Assembly (NCBI GenBank): GCA_963747235.1
Contig: CAVVEU010000014.1
Coordinates: forward strand, 64,001 to 128,000
Source: an uncultured Candidatus Rokubacteria bacterium
Lineage (GTDB): Bacteria; Methylomirabilota; Methylomirabilia; Rokubacteriales; CSP1-6
Reading direction: 5' to 3'
DNA: 64,000 bases
Position numbers and translations under genes: made by a program. Shown one piece after another: positions 42,339 to 52,520 of the stretch. Position 1 is the first letter of the stretch; each line of letters begins with the position of its first letter. The notes below the pieces were generated by a model that did no database searches, was not told where the DNA came from, and saw only the letters and a list, made by a program, of their open reading frames with translations.

Positions 42339-45300
42339 CTATTGCAGCCTGACGAAGGCGGCCACCGACGGGACGCCGTTGGTGTCGACGATGAAGAGCA
42401 TGTAGTCGCCGGGCGGGGCCATGTTGGCGTTGGCCGGGGCCTGGACATCGAGCGCGCCCGTCGTCGGGTTGAACGTCAGGCTCAGATAGCGCTGGCTGGT
42501 GTCGAAACCGTGAGTCACGGAGCCGAGCCGCAGGAGCGAGACGGTCGCGATCTCCGACCCGTTCGGCGTCGTCACCGGGAACGTGGCGCCATAGGCCACC
42601 TGGGCGGGCGCGGCGGTGATCACCGGCCGCGCTCCCTTGAAGAGATAGGGCGGTGAGTAGAACTCCGCGGTCAGCTGATCCTCCGTCGCGCCACCTCCGA
42701 AGCGGCCGCCGCCCGCCAGCAGGACCCGCCCGTCGGGAAGGAGGAGGGCCGTCGAGTGATAGAGACGTGGGACCTGGTTCGCGGCCATCGTCGTCCACGT
42801 CTCGCTCTCGGGAGACCAGAGCTCGGCCGGGAACACCGCCTGGCTCGAAGCGTACGGGTCGGTGTTCCGGCCGCCGCCGGTCGCCAGCACGTTCCCGTCG
42901 GGCAGCAGCGTGAGGTTGTGATAGGCGCGGCCAAACGCCATCGGCGCCGTCTGCCGCCAGGCGGGCGACGGCAGATTCATGTCGAGCACGTAGGTGTTGG
43001 GGCTGGACGAGAAGTAGGGCGGGTCGGAGTTCGCCGACGTTCCGGACTTCACGATCCGACCCAGGCGATACATGGCCGCGCTGTGCGCGTCCCGCGCCAC
43101 TGGGTCCACGACCGTCCACGTCTGCGTGCCGACGTTGAGGGTCCGGGTGACGGTCGGATCGTCGAACGCGCTCGTGAGGAGGACGCGCCCATCCGGTAGC
43201 ACGAACAGATGGGGATACTCGGGCAAGGCCAGCGCGGCCGCGTTCAGTGCGGTCCACTGGTTCGTCGCCGGGTTGTAGATCTCGGGAATCTCGGCGCTGC
43301 ACCGGTAGCAGTCCACTTCTCCGGAGACGACCAGCGCGCGCCCGTCGGGCAGCGTGATCACGGTCGGGTACCAGCGGCCTTGCGTCATGGACGGAAGCGC
43401 GGACCAGGTGCCGGTCGTCGGCGAGAACACGTTCGCGTCGCGAATCCCTTCGAAGTTGGCGAAGTGGCCTCCCGCGACGAACACCCGACCGTCCGCGAGC
43501 AGGGTCTGGCCCGCGCAGAAGATATTGTCGGGCTGCGAGGCCAGGGTGAACACGTTGGTGCTCGGGTTCCAGACGTACGCCCGGCCGTTCTGGTCGGCGC
43601 CGTCCCAGACGAGGAGCCGCCCATTCGGCAGGAGGGTCGCGTGCACCGCGACCAGCGGCCACGAAGAGACCCCCGACCACTGCCCGATCGCGGATGCGGT
43701 CGTGCTCGTGACGGTCACCGGGACCGGGCTGGAGGTCGTCATGTTCCCCGCGGCATCTCGGGCCCGCGCCGTCACCACGTGCGGGCCGGGCACGACCGTG
43801 GTGGTGTTCCACTGCCGCGAGTACGGCGGCGCGGTGACCTCGGCGCCCAGCGCGACGCCGTCGATGAAGAACTGCACCCCGGCCACGCCGGTGTCGTCGG
43901 AGGCAGTGGCTGTCACCGTGATCGTGCTCGCCACGGTGGCGTTCGCCGCCGGCGCGATGATCGCGACGGTGGGCGGAGTGGTGTCGCCACTGGACGCGTA
44001 GGTGAGGGACACGGTCCGGCTCCCGGTATTTCCGGCTGCGTCGCGCGCCGTCACCGTCAGCACGTTGACCCCGGCCTGCAGGACGATGCCCGCGGCCGAC
44101 CATGTCGTCATCCCGGTCGCCGACCCGCTCCCGCCCCGGTCGTTACTCCACGTCACCTGCGTCACCCCGACGTTGTCCGCCGCGGTGCCGGTGAGGGTGA
44201 GCGGACTGACGATGGCGGCCGGCGTCGTGATCACCACCGTCGGCGGGGTGGTATCACCCCCCGACGGGGTGTAGGTCACGGTGAGGACGTCGGTCGCCGT
44301 GTTGCCCGCCGCGTCCCGCGCCGTCACCGTCAGCACGTTCGCCCCCGCCTGCAGCGCGATCCCGCTCGCCGTCCACGCCGTCGTCCCCGCCGCCGTCCCG
44401 CTCCCCCCCCGGTCATTGCTCCACGTCACCTGCGTCACCCCGACGTTGTCCGCCGCCGTCCCCGTCAGCGTCAGCGGACTCGCCGGCGCCGTGTACGTCG
44501 TCTCCGTCGTCGGCGTCGTGATCACCACCGTCGGCGCCGTCGTGTCCGGTGTCGGCGGCGTCCCCACCGGTGTCGCCCCGTCCGCCTGGACCTCCGCCTG
44601 GCTCAACGCCCGGTTGTAGATCCGGATCTCGTCCAGCCGCCCCAGGAAGAACTCCCCGTAGGGCACGTTCCCCCCGATCTGCAGCGTCGTCGTCACGCTC
44701 TCCAGCACCCCGCCCCGCGCCGCCGTCGCCACCTGCGCCCCGTTCGCGTACACCCGCAGCTGCGCCCCGTCCCACGTCAGCGCCACGTGCGTCCACACGT
44801 TCAGCGGCACCGCCGTCGGCCCGCTGATGTAGTTCATGGTCCCGTTGAACGTCCCGCCCCCCGTCGGCCGCCGGTTCCCCGACGACGTGCCGGCAGTCAG
44901 GAAGTACACGTCCTGTTCCCGGAACAGGATCGTCCGCCACCCCGTCTGATTCGCCGTCGGCATCACCCACGCCGACAGCGTCATCGCGGTCGTCAGGTTC
45001 AGCGACGCGGAATTCGCCACCACCACCATGTTGCTCGTCCCGTTAAAACTCAGCGCGCTCCCATACCGCCCCTGCGTCGTCCACGTCGCCCCCGAGATCA
45101 CCCCCGTGTTGTTGTTCCCCGACGCGTCCGCCGTCGTCGTCCCCGCCCCTTCGTTGAACCCCCACGCCGCCACCAGCCCGGGGATCGTGGACGGGGAGTA
45201 GGTGACGGTGAGCAGATCGGTGGCCGTGTTGCCCGCCGCGTCCCGCGCCGTCACCGTCAGCACGTTGGCTCCGGCCTGCAGGACGATGCCGGCCGCGGAC

Positions 45301-47073
45301 CACGTCGTGGTTCCCGTCGCCGTGCCACTCCCACCTCGATCGTTGCTCCACGTCACCTGCGTCACTCCGACGTTGTCCGCGGCGGTGCCCCCCATCGTCA
45401 GCGGACTCGCCGGCGCGGTGTACGTCGTCTCGGTGGTCGGTGTGGTGATCACCACCGTCGGCCCGGTGGTGTCCGGCGCGTACGTCACGGTGAGGACATC
45501 GCTGCCGGTGTTGCCGGCCGCATCCCGGGCCGTGATCGTCAGCACGTTGGCGCCGGGCTGGAGCGCGATGCCCGCGGCCGACCACGTGGCGGTGCCCGCC
45601 GCCACCCCACTCGCCGCCCCGGTCATTGGTCCACGAGACCTGCGTCACGCCGACCGCGTCGGCCGCCGTCCCGCCCACGGTCAGCGGGCTCGCGGGCGCG
45701 GTGTAGGTCGTCCCGCTCGTCGGCGTCGTGATCACCACCGTCGGCGCCGTCGTGTCCACCGGGGTGTAGGTCACGGTGAGGACGTCGGTCGCCGTGTTGC
45801 CCGCCGCGTCCCGCGCCGTCACCGTCAGCACGTTCGCCCCCGCCTGCAGCGCGATCCCGCTCGCCGTCCACGCCGTCGTCCCCGCCGCCGTCCCGCTGCC
45901 GCCCCGGTCATTGCTCCACGAGACCTGCGTCACGCCGACCGCGTCGGCCGCCGTCCCGCCCACGGTCAGCGGGCTCGCGGGCGCGGTGTAGGTCGTCCCG
46001 CTCGTCGGCGTCGTGATCACCACCGTCGGCGGGGTGGTATCACCCCCCGACGGGGTGTAGGTCACGGTGAGGACGTCGGTCGCCGTGTTGCCCGCCGCGT
46101 CCCGCGCCGTCACCGTCAGCACGTTCGCCCCCGCCTGCAGCGCGATCCCGCTCGCCGTCCACGCCGTCGTCCCCGTCGCCGTCCCGCTCCCCCCCCGGTC
46201 ATTGCTCCACGTCACCTGCGTCACCCCGACGTTGTCCGCCGCCGTCCCCGTCAGCGTCAGCGGACTCGCCGGCGCCGTGTACGTCGTCTCCGTCGTCGGC
46301 GTCGTGATCACCACCGTCGGCGCCGTCGTGTCCGGTGTCGGCGGCGTCCCCACCGGTGTCGCCCCGTCCGCCTGGACCTCCGCCTGGCTCAGCGCCCGGT
46401 TGTAGATCCGGATCTCGTCCAGCCGCCCCAGGAAGAACTCCCCGTAGGGCACGTTCCCCCCGATCTGCAGCGTCGTCGTCACGCTCTCCAGCACCCCGCC
46501 CCGCGCCGCCGTCGCCACCTGCGCCCCGTTCGCGTACACCCGCAGCTGCGCCCCGTCCCACGTCAGCGCCACGTGCGTCCACACGTTCAGCGGCACCGCC
46601 GTCGGCCCGCTGATGTAGTTCATGGTCCCGTTGAACGTCCCGCCCCCCGTCGGCCGCCGGTTCCCCGACGACGTGCCGGCAGTCAGGAAGTACACGTCCT
46701 GTTCCCGGAACAGGATCGTCCGCCACCCCGTCTGATTCGCCGTCGGCATCACCCACGCCGACAGCGTCATCGCGGTCGTCAGGTTCAGCGACGCGGAATT
46801 CGCCACCACCACCATGTTGCTCGTCCCGTTAAAACTCAGCGCGCTCCCATACCGCCCCTGCGTCGTCCACGTCGCCCCCGAGATCACCCCCGTGTTGTTG
46901 TTCCCCGACGCGTCCGCCGTCGTCGTCCCCGCCCCTTCGTTGAACCCCCACGCCGCCACCAGCCCGGGGATCGACTGGGCGATCGCGCGTGCCGGCATCA
47001 TCACCGCGAGTACCATCGCCAGGAAGACGAGGAACAGCACCGTGCGGTGGCTCCGTGTCGCCGTACACGGCAT
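42339..47073 (-). CDS. Large secreted protein: 2 LamG, multiple Ig-like repeats, C-terminal galactose/glyoxal oxidase (AA5) with DUF1929 (frameshift near 45620)
   Basis: Signal peptide; GLVAAWGFNEG...GRLDEIRIYNRAL twice; DTTAPTV...ARDAAGN repeats; FCAG, RWYPT, RLYHS, SVTHG, PPGDYMLF. Confidence 0.85.
44220..46972. repeat. Near-identical ~967-bp direct repeat (44220-45186 and 46006-46972) plus ~285-bp Ig units
   Basis: Offset 1786; only two substitutions spotted by eye. Confidence 0.9.
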
Positions 47074-47422
47074 CGCGTCCCCTCGCGCGGCATACCGCGC
47101 CGGTCTTGCGAGTGCCCTGCGAGCTGTCGTCAAACGTGAACGTCGAGTGGCGGGCAGCGAGCGGAGATGCGACCGGCGAAAGCGAGTAGCGGGCAGGAGC
47201 GTGCTCGATAGCATCGTGCGACCTCGAGAATCGGGCAGGCACCGCAACAAGGTTGGCTAGATATGGAGCCGCGGGTGATCTTTGTCAAGAGTGCACGGCG
47301 GAATTCCTGTCGAGCCGCGGAATTTCTTTCCCCGGTGGGTATGCAGATCTTTCTCGGTGGGTAGTGCGCTTCCGTATTCGAGTGCCGGTGGTACTATCGG
47401 ACCCCTTTTTCGGGCGGCCTGC

Positions 47423-47833
47423 TCAGCGCTCGACCGGGTAGCCGCGCCCCTGCCACGCCTCGAACCCATTCTCGAGGACCAGGAGGTTACGGTACCCGTT
47501 GCTGCGGAGCAGCTCGTAGAGCGGGGTCACGTCGTCGATGGGACAGGCGCAGTAGAGCACGACGATGATCCCCGGGGGAAGCTCGACGAAGCGATGCTCG
47601 ATCTCGTCCAGGGGGATGGAGCGAGCGCCGGGCAGCCGGCCGGCCCGGTAGGCGTCCGCGGGACGGAGGTCGACCGGGAGCACCGGAGCCCGGCCGCTCT
47701 CGATGAGATTTCGGAGGGCGTCCGCGGTGATCGTCACGACCGACCGGGACGTCGGATGGCCGGACCACGCCAGAGCGGTCGGCCCGATCAGGGCCCAGGA
47801 GGCCAGCGCGAGCAGTCGGCGTCGCGTGTGCAC
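47423..47833 (-). CDS. Exported rhodanese-domain protein
   Basis: TRRRLL signal; VDLRP..GRLPGARSIP; LYCAC; LENGFEAW. Confidence 0.8.
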   Translation of the reverse strand: MHTRRRLLALASWALIGPTALAWSGHPTSRSVVTITADALRNLIESGRAPVLPVDLRPADAYRAGRLPGARSIPLDEIEHRFVELPPGIIVVLYCACPIDDVTPLYELLRSNGYRNLLVLENGFEAWQGRGYPVER

Positions 47834-47838
47834 CGGGA

Positions 47839-48732
47839 TCAGCGGCCGAGGCGCAGGATGCGTCCCACCCGCGACTGGCGCAGGCGCGGATCGAGCGCGT
47901 CGCGGATCCCCTCTCCCACGAGGTTGTAGGAGAGCACCGTGACGAGGATGGCGAGGCCCGGGTAGAGCGTCATCCACCACGCGATCTCGATGTAGTCACG
48001 CCCGTCGTTGAGGATGTTGCCCCACGTGGCGTAGGGCGGCTGGACGCCCAGCCCCAGGAACGACAGGCCGGCCTCGGTGAGGATCGCGGCGGGGATGCCG
48101 AGGGTCATGGCGACCAGGATGGGCGCGATGGCGTTCGGCAGGATGTGGCGGAAGATGATGCGCATCGCTCCCGCCCCCACCGACTCCGACCAGATCACGA
48201 ACTCGCGCTCCCGCAGGGTCAGGAACTCCGCGCGCACGAGCCGGGCCACGCCCATCCAGCCGGTGAGGCCGATCACGGTCATGATCGTCCAGATCGACGG
48301 TTTGAGGAACGCGAGCACGGCGAGCAGCAGGAAGAAGCGCGGGAAGACCAGCATCAGGTCCACCAGGCGCATCACGATGTTGTCCACCATGCCGCCGTGG
48401 TAGCCGGCGGCCGCGCCGAGCAGCACCCCGATGAGGGCCGCGATGCCCACCGAGACGAAGCCCACCGCGAGCGAGATCCGCGAGCCGTAGAGCACGCGCG
48501 AGAGCACGTCGCGGCCGAGGGGATCGGTGCCGAGCCAGTGGCTGCTCGACGGCGAGGTCAGGATCTTCTTGGTGTCGGGCCGGTTGGGGTCCCACGGGGC
48601 GAGCACCGGGGCCAGCACCGCGAGGGTCACCAGCACCAGCACCACCGCGCCGCCACACACCGCGAGCTGGTTGCGGGAGAACGTGCGCCAGAACTGGCGC
48701 ATCTCTCCGCGCGAGCGACTCGTGGGCGCCAC
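47839..48732 (-). CDS. oppC: Peptide ABC transporter permease C
   Basis: LGTDPLGRDVLSR, RHILPN, EAGLSFLGLG. Confidence 0.88.
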   Translation of the reverse strand: MAPTSRSRGEMRQFWRTFSRNQLAVCGGAVVLVLVTLAVLAPVLAPWDPNRPDTKKILTSPSSSHWLGTDPLGRDVLSRVLYGSRISLAVGFVSVGIAALIGVLLGAAAGYHGGMVDNIVMRLVDLMLVFPRFFLLLAVLAFLKPSIWTIMTVIGLTGWMGVARLVRAEFLTLREREFVIWSESVGAGAMRIIFRHILPNAIAPILVAMTLGIPAAILTEAGLSFLGLGVQPPYATWGNILNDGRDYIEIAWWMTLYPGLAILVTVLSYNLVGEGIRDALDPRLRQSRVGRILRLGR

Positions 48733-48733
48733 G

Positions 48734-49726
48734 TCAGCGGCTCCGCCGCCGCCCGCCGAAGCGGATGCGCGGGTCCACGAGGCCGTAGGTGATGTCGGCG
48801 ACGAGGTTCGCCACCAGGGTCAGCGTCGCCACGATCACGAGGTTCCCCATCACCACCGGGTAGTCGCGGGAGAAGACCGATTGCACCATGAGCTGGCCCA
48901 TCCCCGGGATGGCGAAGATGGACTCGATGATCACGCTGCCGCCGATGAGCCCGGGCAGGGCCAGGGCCAGGATGGTGACCACCGGCAGCAGCGCGTTCCG
49001 CAGGGCGTGCTTGCTGATCACCACCCGCTCCGACAGCCCCTTGGCCCGCGCGGTCTGCACGTAGTCCTGGCGCACCACCTCGAGCATGCTCTGCCGCATG
49101 TAGCGCGAGAAGCCGGCGAGCCCGCCGAAGGTGGCCACCACGATGGGCAGGACCAGGTGCGAGAAGAAGTCCCACTGCTGCTGCCAGAAGGACAGGTATT
49201 CCCAGTTCAGCGAGCGCAGGCCCGAGATGGGCAGCCAGCCGAGCTGCACCCCGAAGAGGATCATCAGGAGGAGGGCCAGCCAGAAGTCCGGGGTCGCGAA
49301 GCCCACGAACACGAAGATCGTGGTGATCTTGTCGTAGAGCGAATACTGCCGGGTGGCCGAGAGCACCCCGATGGGGACCGCGAGCCCCACGATGATCGCC
49401 ATCTCGATCAGGTTCAGGAACAGCGTGACCGGCAGGCGCTCGCCGATCTTGGTGAGAACCGGGCGGCCGTCGGGCAGGAAGGAGCGGCCGAAGTCGAGGC
49501 GGACCGCGCGCTTGAGCCACTGCCAGTACTGCACGTGGATGGGCTGGTCCAGCCCGAACTCCTTGATGAGCCGCTCCTTGACCTCGACCGAGGCGTTCGG
49601 GTCCTCCGGGGTCAGGAAGTCCAGCGGGCCGCCGGGCGCCAGGCTGATGACCACGTAGGAGACGAAGGTGATGCCGAGCAGCAGCGGGATCGCGAGGAGG
49701 AGCCGGCGGAGGGCGAAGAGCGCCAT
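48734..49726 (-). CDS. oppB: Peptide ABC transporter permease B
   Basis: TARAKGL..KHALRNA, IESIFAIPGMG, DPRIR. Confidence 0.88.
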   Translation of the reverse strand: MALFALRRLLLAIPLLLGITFVSYVVISLAPGGPLDFLTPEDPNASVEVKERLIKEFGLDQPIHVQYWQWLKRAVRLDFGRSFLPDGRPVLTKIGERLPVTLFLNLIEMAIIVGLAVPIGVLSATRQYSLYDKITTIFVFVGFATPDFWLALLLMILFGVQLGWLPISGLRSLNWEYLSFWQQQWDFFSHLVLPIVVATFGGLAGFSRYMRQSMLEVVRQDYVQTARAKGLSERVVISKHALRNALLPVVTILALALPGLIGGSVIIESIFAIPGMGQLMVQSVFSRDYPVVMGNLVIVATLTLVANLVADITYGLVDPRIRFGGRRRSR

Positions 49727-51391
49727 CTAGCCGGACGTATAGCGCTGTTGTTGCTTCGGGACGAACCACTCCGTGAAGTTGTGGAGGATGCCCGACGGGG
49801 CCGGGCTCACGCCGCGGATCCGCGCGGCGACCACCGGCAGCGCGTCCGCGGTGTAGAGGAAGATCATCGGCAGGTCCTCGGCGAGGATCTGCTGGATCCG
49901 GTGATAGGACTGCACGCGCTCCGCCTGGACGCAGGAGGAGCGCCCGAGCTCCAGGAGCCGGTCCACTTCCGGGTTGGCGTACCCGGTCCGGTTCATCTGG
50001 TCCGGGCCCCGCTGCGAGGAGTGCCACACCACGTACTGATCCGGGTCGGTGCCGCTGCCCAGGCCCAGCACCACCACCTCGAAGCGCCGCGGCTTCACGA
50101 ACTCCTTGATGAAGGCGGCCCATTCGATGAGCTGGATGTCCACCTGGATGCCGATCTCCTTGAGGCGCTGCTGGATGAGCTCGGCGATCTTCTTCCGCTC
50201 GTCGTTGCCCTGGTTGGTCCGGATCGTGAGGGTGAACGGCTTGCCGTCCCGGTCCTCGATGAGCCCGTCCCCGTCGCGGTCCTTCCAGCCCGCCTCCGCC
50301 AGCAGGGCCTTGGCCTTCTCCGGGTCGAACGGGAATCGCTTCACGTCGTCGGTGTAGGCCCAGGTGCCGGGACGGATGGGGCCGGTCGCCTCTCGGGCCA
50401 GGCCCAGCCGTACGCCGTCGATGAGCTCCTGCTTGTTGATCGCGTGGGCGAACGCCTGGCGAACCCGCAAGTCCGCGAACCGCGGATCCTTGAGGTTGAA
50501 GCCCACGAAGGTGTAGCCGCTCCCCGGATAGCGGAACTTGTGGTACGCCTTCCGGAACGCGGGGTACTCGGTCTGCCGCGCGTACTGGATGCCGGTGAGG
50601 CTGCTCGCGTAGTCGACGCCCTGGGCCTTCAGCTCGAGAAAGATGGTGGCCTGGCTCGGAATGACGCGGTAGACGATGCGGCTCAGGTACGGCCGGCCCT
50701 CGAAGTAGTCCGGGTTGGCGACCAGCACCACCTTCTCGCCCGCCTTCCACTCCTGGAACCGGTAGGGGCCGGTGCCGACCGGATGGCTGTTCTGGGGCGA
50801 CTCGCGCAGCGTGCCCGCCTCCGCGAACGACTGCAGGACGTGCTTGGGCAGCATGTAGGTGTTCCACGTCTCCAGCGCCCGCGCGTACGGCTTGTCGTAG
50901 GTCACCCGCACCGTGTAGGGATCGGGGGCCTGCACGTCCTTCACGAGCATGAAGCCTTCCTTGAAGGGCGCCGGGGTCTTCGGATTGATCATGGTCTGGT
51001 AGGTGAAGAGCACGTCGTCGGCCGTGAACGGCCGGCCGTCGTGCCACTTCACGTCCCGTCGCAGCTTGAAGGTCAGCTCGAGACAGTCGCGGCTGTAGGT
51101 CCACGATTCCGCCATCGACGGGACCATCTTGAGGTCCCGGTCGAGCTTGACCAGCCCGTCGTAGATCATCCCGCCGACCTCGTGCGAGGACTGGTCGGAG
51201 GTGAGGCTCGGGATCAGGCCGCCGATGTCGCCGATCGACGCCTGGATGAACGTGTCGCCGTAGGCGGGGGCGCTACCCATGACCGGCACGTCCTCGGATC
51301 GGCTCTCGATCGGCCCATTGCAGGCCGCCACGAGCAGACCGCCGGCGGCCCAGGCCAGCAGGGAGCGACCGGGCGCCCGATGTCTCGGCAT
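49727..51391 (-). CDS. oppA: Peptide ABC transporter substrate-binding lipoprotein (AppA/OppA-like)
   Basis: Lipobox LVAAC; VKWHDGRPFTADDV; GTGPY; VRQAFAHAIN. Confidence 0.85.
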   Translation of the reverse strand: MPRHRAPGRSLLAWAAGGLLVAACNGPIESRSEDVPVMGSAPAYGDTFIQASIGDIGGLIPSLTSDQSSHEVGGMIYDGLVKLDRDLKMVPSMAESWTYSRDCLELTFKLRRDVKWHDGRPFTADDVLFTYQTMINPKTPAPFKEGFMLVKDVQAPDPYTVRVTYDKPYARALETWNTYMLPKHVLQSFAEAGTLRESPQNSHPVGTGPYRFQEWKAGEKVVLVANPDYFEGRPYLSRIVYRVIPSQATIFLELKAQGVDYASSLTGIQYARQTEYPAFRKAYHKFRYPGSGYTFVGFNLKDPRFADLRVRQAFAHAINKQELIDGVRLGLAREATGPIRPGTWAYTDDVKRFPFDPEKAKALLAEAGWKDRDGDGLIEDRDGKPFTLTIRTNQGNDERKKIAELIQQRLKEIGIQVDIQLIEWAAFIKEFVKPRRFEVVVLGLGSGTDPDQYVVWHSSQRGPDQMNRTGYANPEVDRLLELGRSSCVQAERVQSYHRIQQILAEDLPMIFLYTADALPVVAARIRGVSPAPSGILHNFTEWFVPKQQQRYTSG

Positions 51392-51402
51392 TGGGCCGGC
51401 GG

Positions 51403-51732
51403 CTACTTCTGCGGAGCGGGCGAAGGCGTCGGGACGGCCGCGGGAGCGCCGGGCGTGGTCGCGGGCGCCGCGGGCCCCGACGCGGGCATGATGGAGACCG
51501 CCCGGCGATGCGACATGATCGAGAGCCCGAACGAGGTGATCATGAAGACGGCCGCGACCACCGCGGTGGCCTTGCCCAGCACGGTGGGCGTGCCCATCGA
51601 GCCGAACACCGCCTGGCTGCCGCTGCCGCCGAAGGCGGAGCCGATGTCGGCGCCCTTGCCGGCCTGGAGCAGCACGAGCCCGACGATCACCAGGCTCACG
51701 ATGATGTGGATGGTGACGACGAGAATGAACAT
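51403..51732 (-). CDS. secG: Preprotein translocase subunit SecG
   Basis: VLLQAGKGADIGSAFGG; follows tpiA. Confidence 0.93.
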   Translation of the reverse strand: MFILVVTIHIIVSLVIVGLVLLQAGKGADIGSAFGGSGSQAVFGSMGTPTVLGKATAVVAAVFMITSFGLSIMSHRRAVSIMPASGPAAPATTPGAPAAVPTPSPAPQK

Positions 51733-51740
51733 GGTCAGGC

Positions 51741-52520
51741 CTACTCCTTCGAAGCGCCGCTGCGGGCGGCCGACTTCTTGGCGATGGTGATGAATCCGGG
51801 CCCCTGCAGGCTGGCGCCGCCCACGAGGACGCCGTCGATGTCCGGCTGCTCGGTGAGGGCCTGGGCATTGTCGGGCTTGACGCTGCCGCCGTAGAGGATG
51901 CGCATCGACTGCGCGAGCTCCTTGGACGCGACCTCGGAGACGAGCCCGCGAAGGTAGCCGTGCACCTCGGCGGCTTGGCCCGGCGTGGCGTTGACCCCGG
52001 TGCCGATGGCCCAGACCGGCTCGTAGGCGAGCACGCAGCGCGCGAGATCCTCGGGCGAGAGCCCGGCGCAGCCGGCGCGGAGCTGGCCCTCCACCACCGT
52101 GAAGGTGAGCCCCTGGCGCCGCTCGGCTTCCGTCTCGCCGACGCAGAGCACCGGGCGCATGCCGTGACGCAGGACCGCGCCCACCTTGCGGTTGATCTCC
52201 TCGTCGGTCTCCCGGAAGACGTGGCGCCGCTCGGAATGCCCGATCAGGACCCAGCGACAACCCAGCTCCGCGAGCATCGCGGGCGAGATCTCGCCGGTGA
52301 AGGCGCCCTGCTCCTCCCAGTGGCAGTTCTGGGCCCCGAGCGCCACCGCGGCGCCCTTGAGCACCTCGGCCACCGCGGGCAGCGCGGTGAAGGGCGGGCA
52401 CACCACCACCTCCACGCCGCGGGGCCGCTTGAGCCCGTCGCGGATGGTCTGGGCGAGCTCGCGCGCGACGGCCTGCGTGCCGTGCATCTTCCAGTTGCCG
52501 ACCACGAGCGGGGTGCGCAT
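51741..52520 (-). CDS. tpiA: Triosephosphate isomerase
   Basis: GNWKM, IGHSERR, AYEPVWAIGTG, LVGGASL. Confidence 0.97.
   Translation of the reverse strand: MRTPLVVGNWKMHGTQAVARELAQTIRDGLKRPRGVEVVVCPPFTALPAVAEVLKGAAVALGAQNCHWEEQGAFTGEISPAMLAELGCRWVLIGHSERRHVFRETDEEINRKVGAVLRHGMRPVLCVGETEAERRQGLTFTVVEGQLRAGCAGLSPEDLARCVLAYEPVWAIGTGVNATPGQAAEVHGYLRGLVSEVASKELAQSMRILYGGSVKPDNAQALTEQPDIDGVLVGGASLQGPGFITIAKKSAARSGASKE

Noticed and set aside
44000-46972. Repeats as a CRISPR array or DGR template/variable pair
   Set aside because: Units are in-frame protein domains of about 285 and 967 bp with no spacers, and no cas or reverse transcriptase gene is present in the window.
47080-47420. Lower-GC region upstream of the oxidase as a riboswitch or sigma54 promoter
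   Set aside because: Only a TTGACA with a weak -10 is visible; no recognisable aptamer or GG-N10-GC match.
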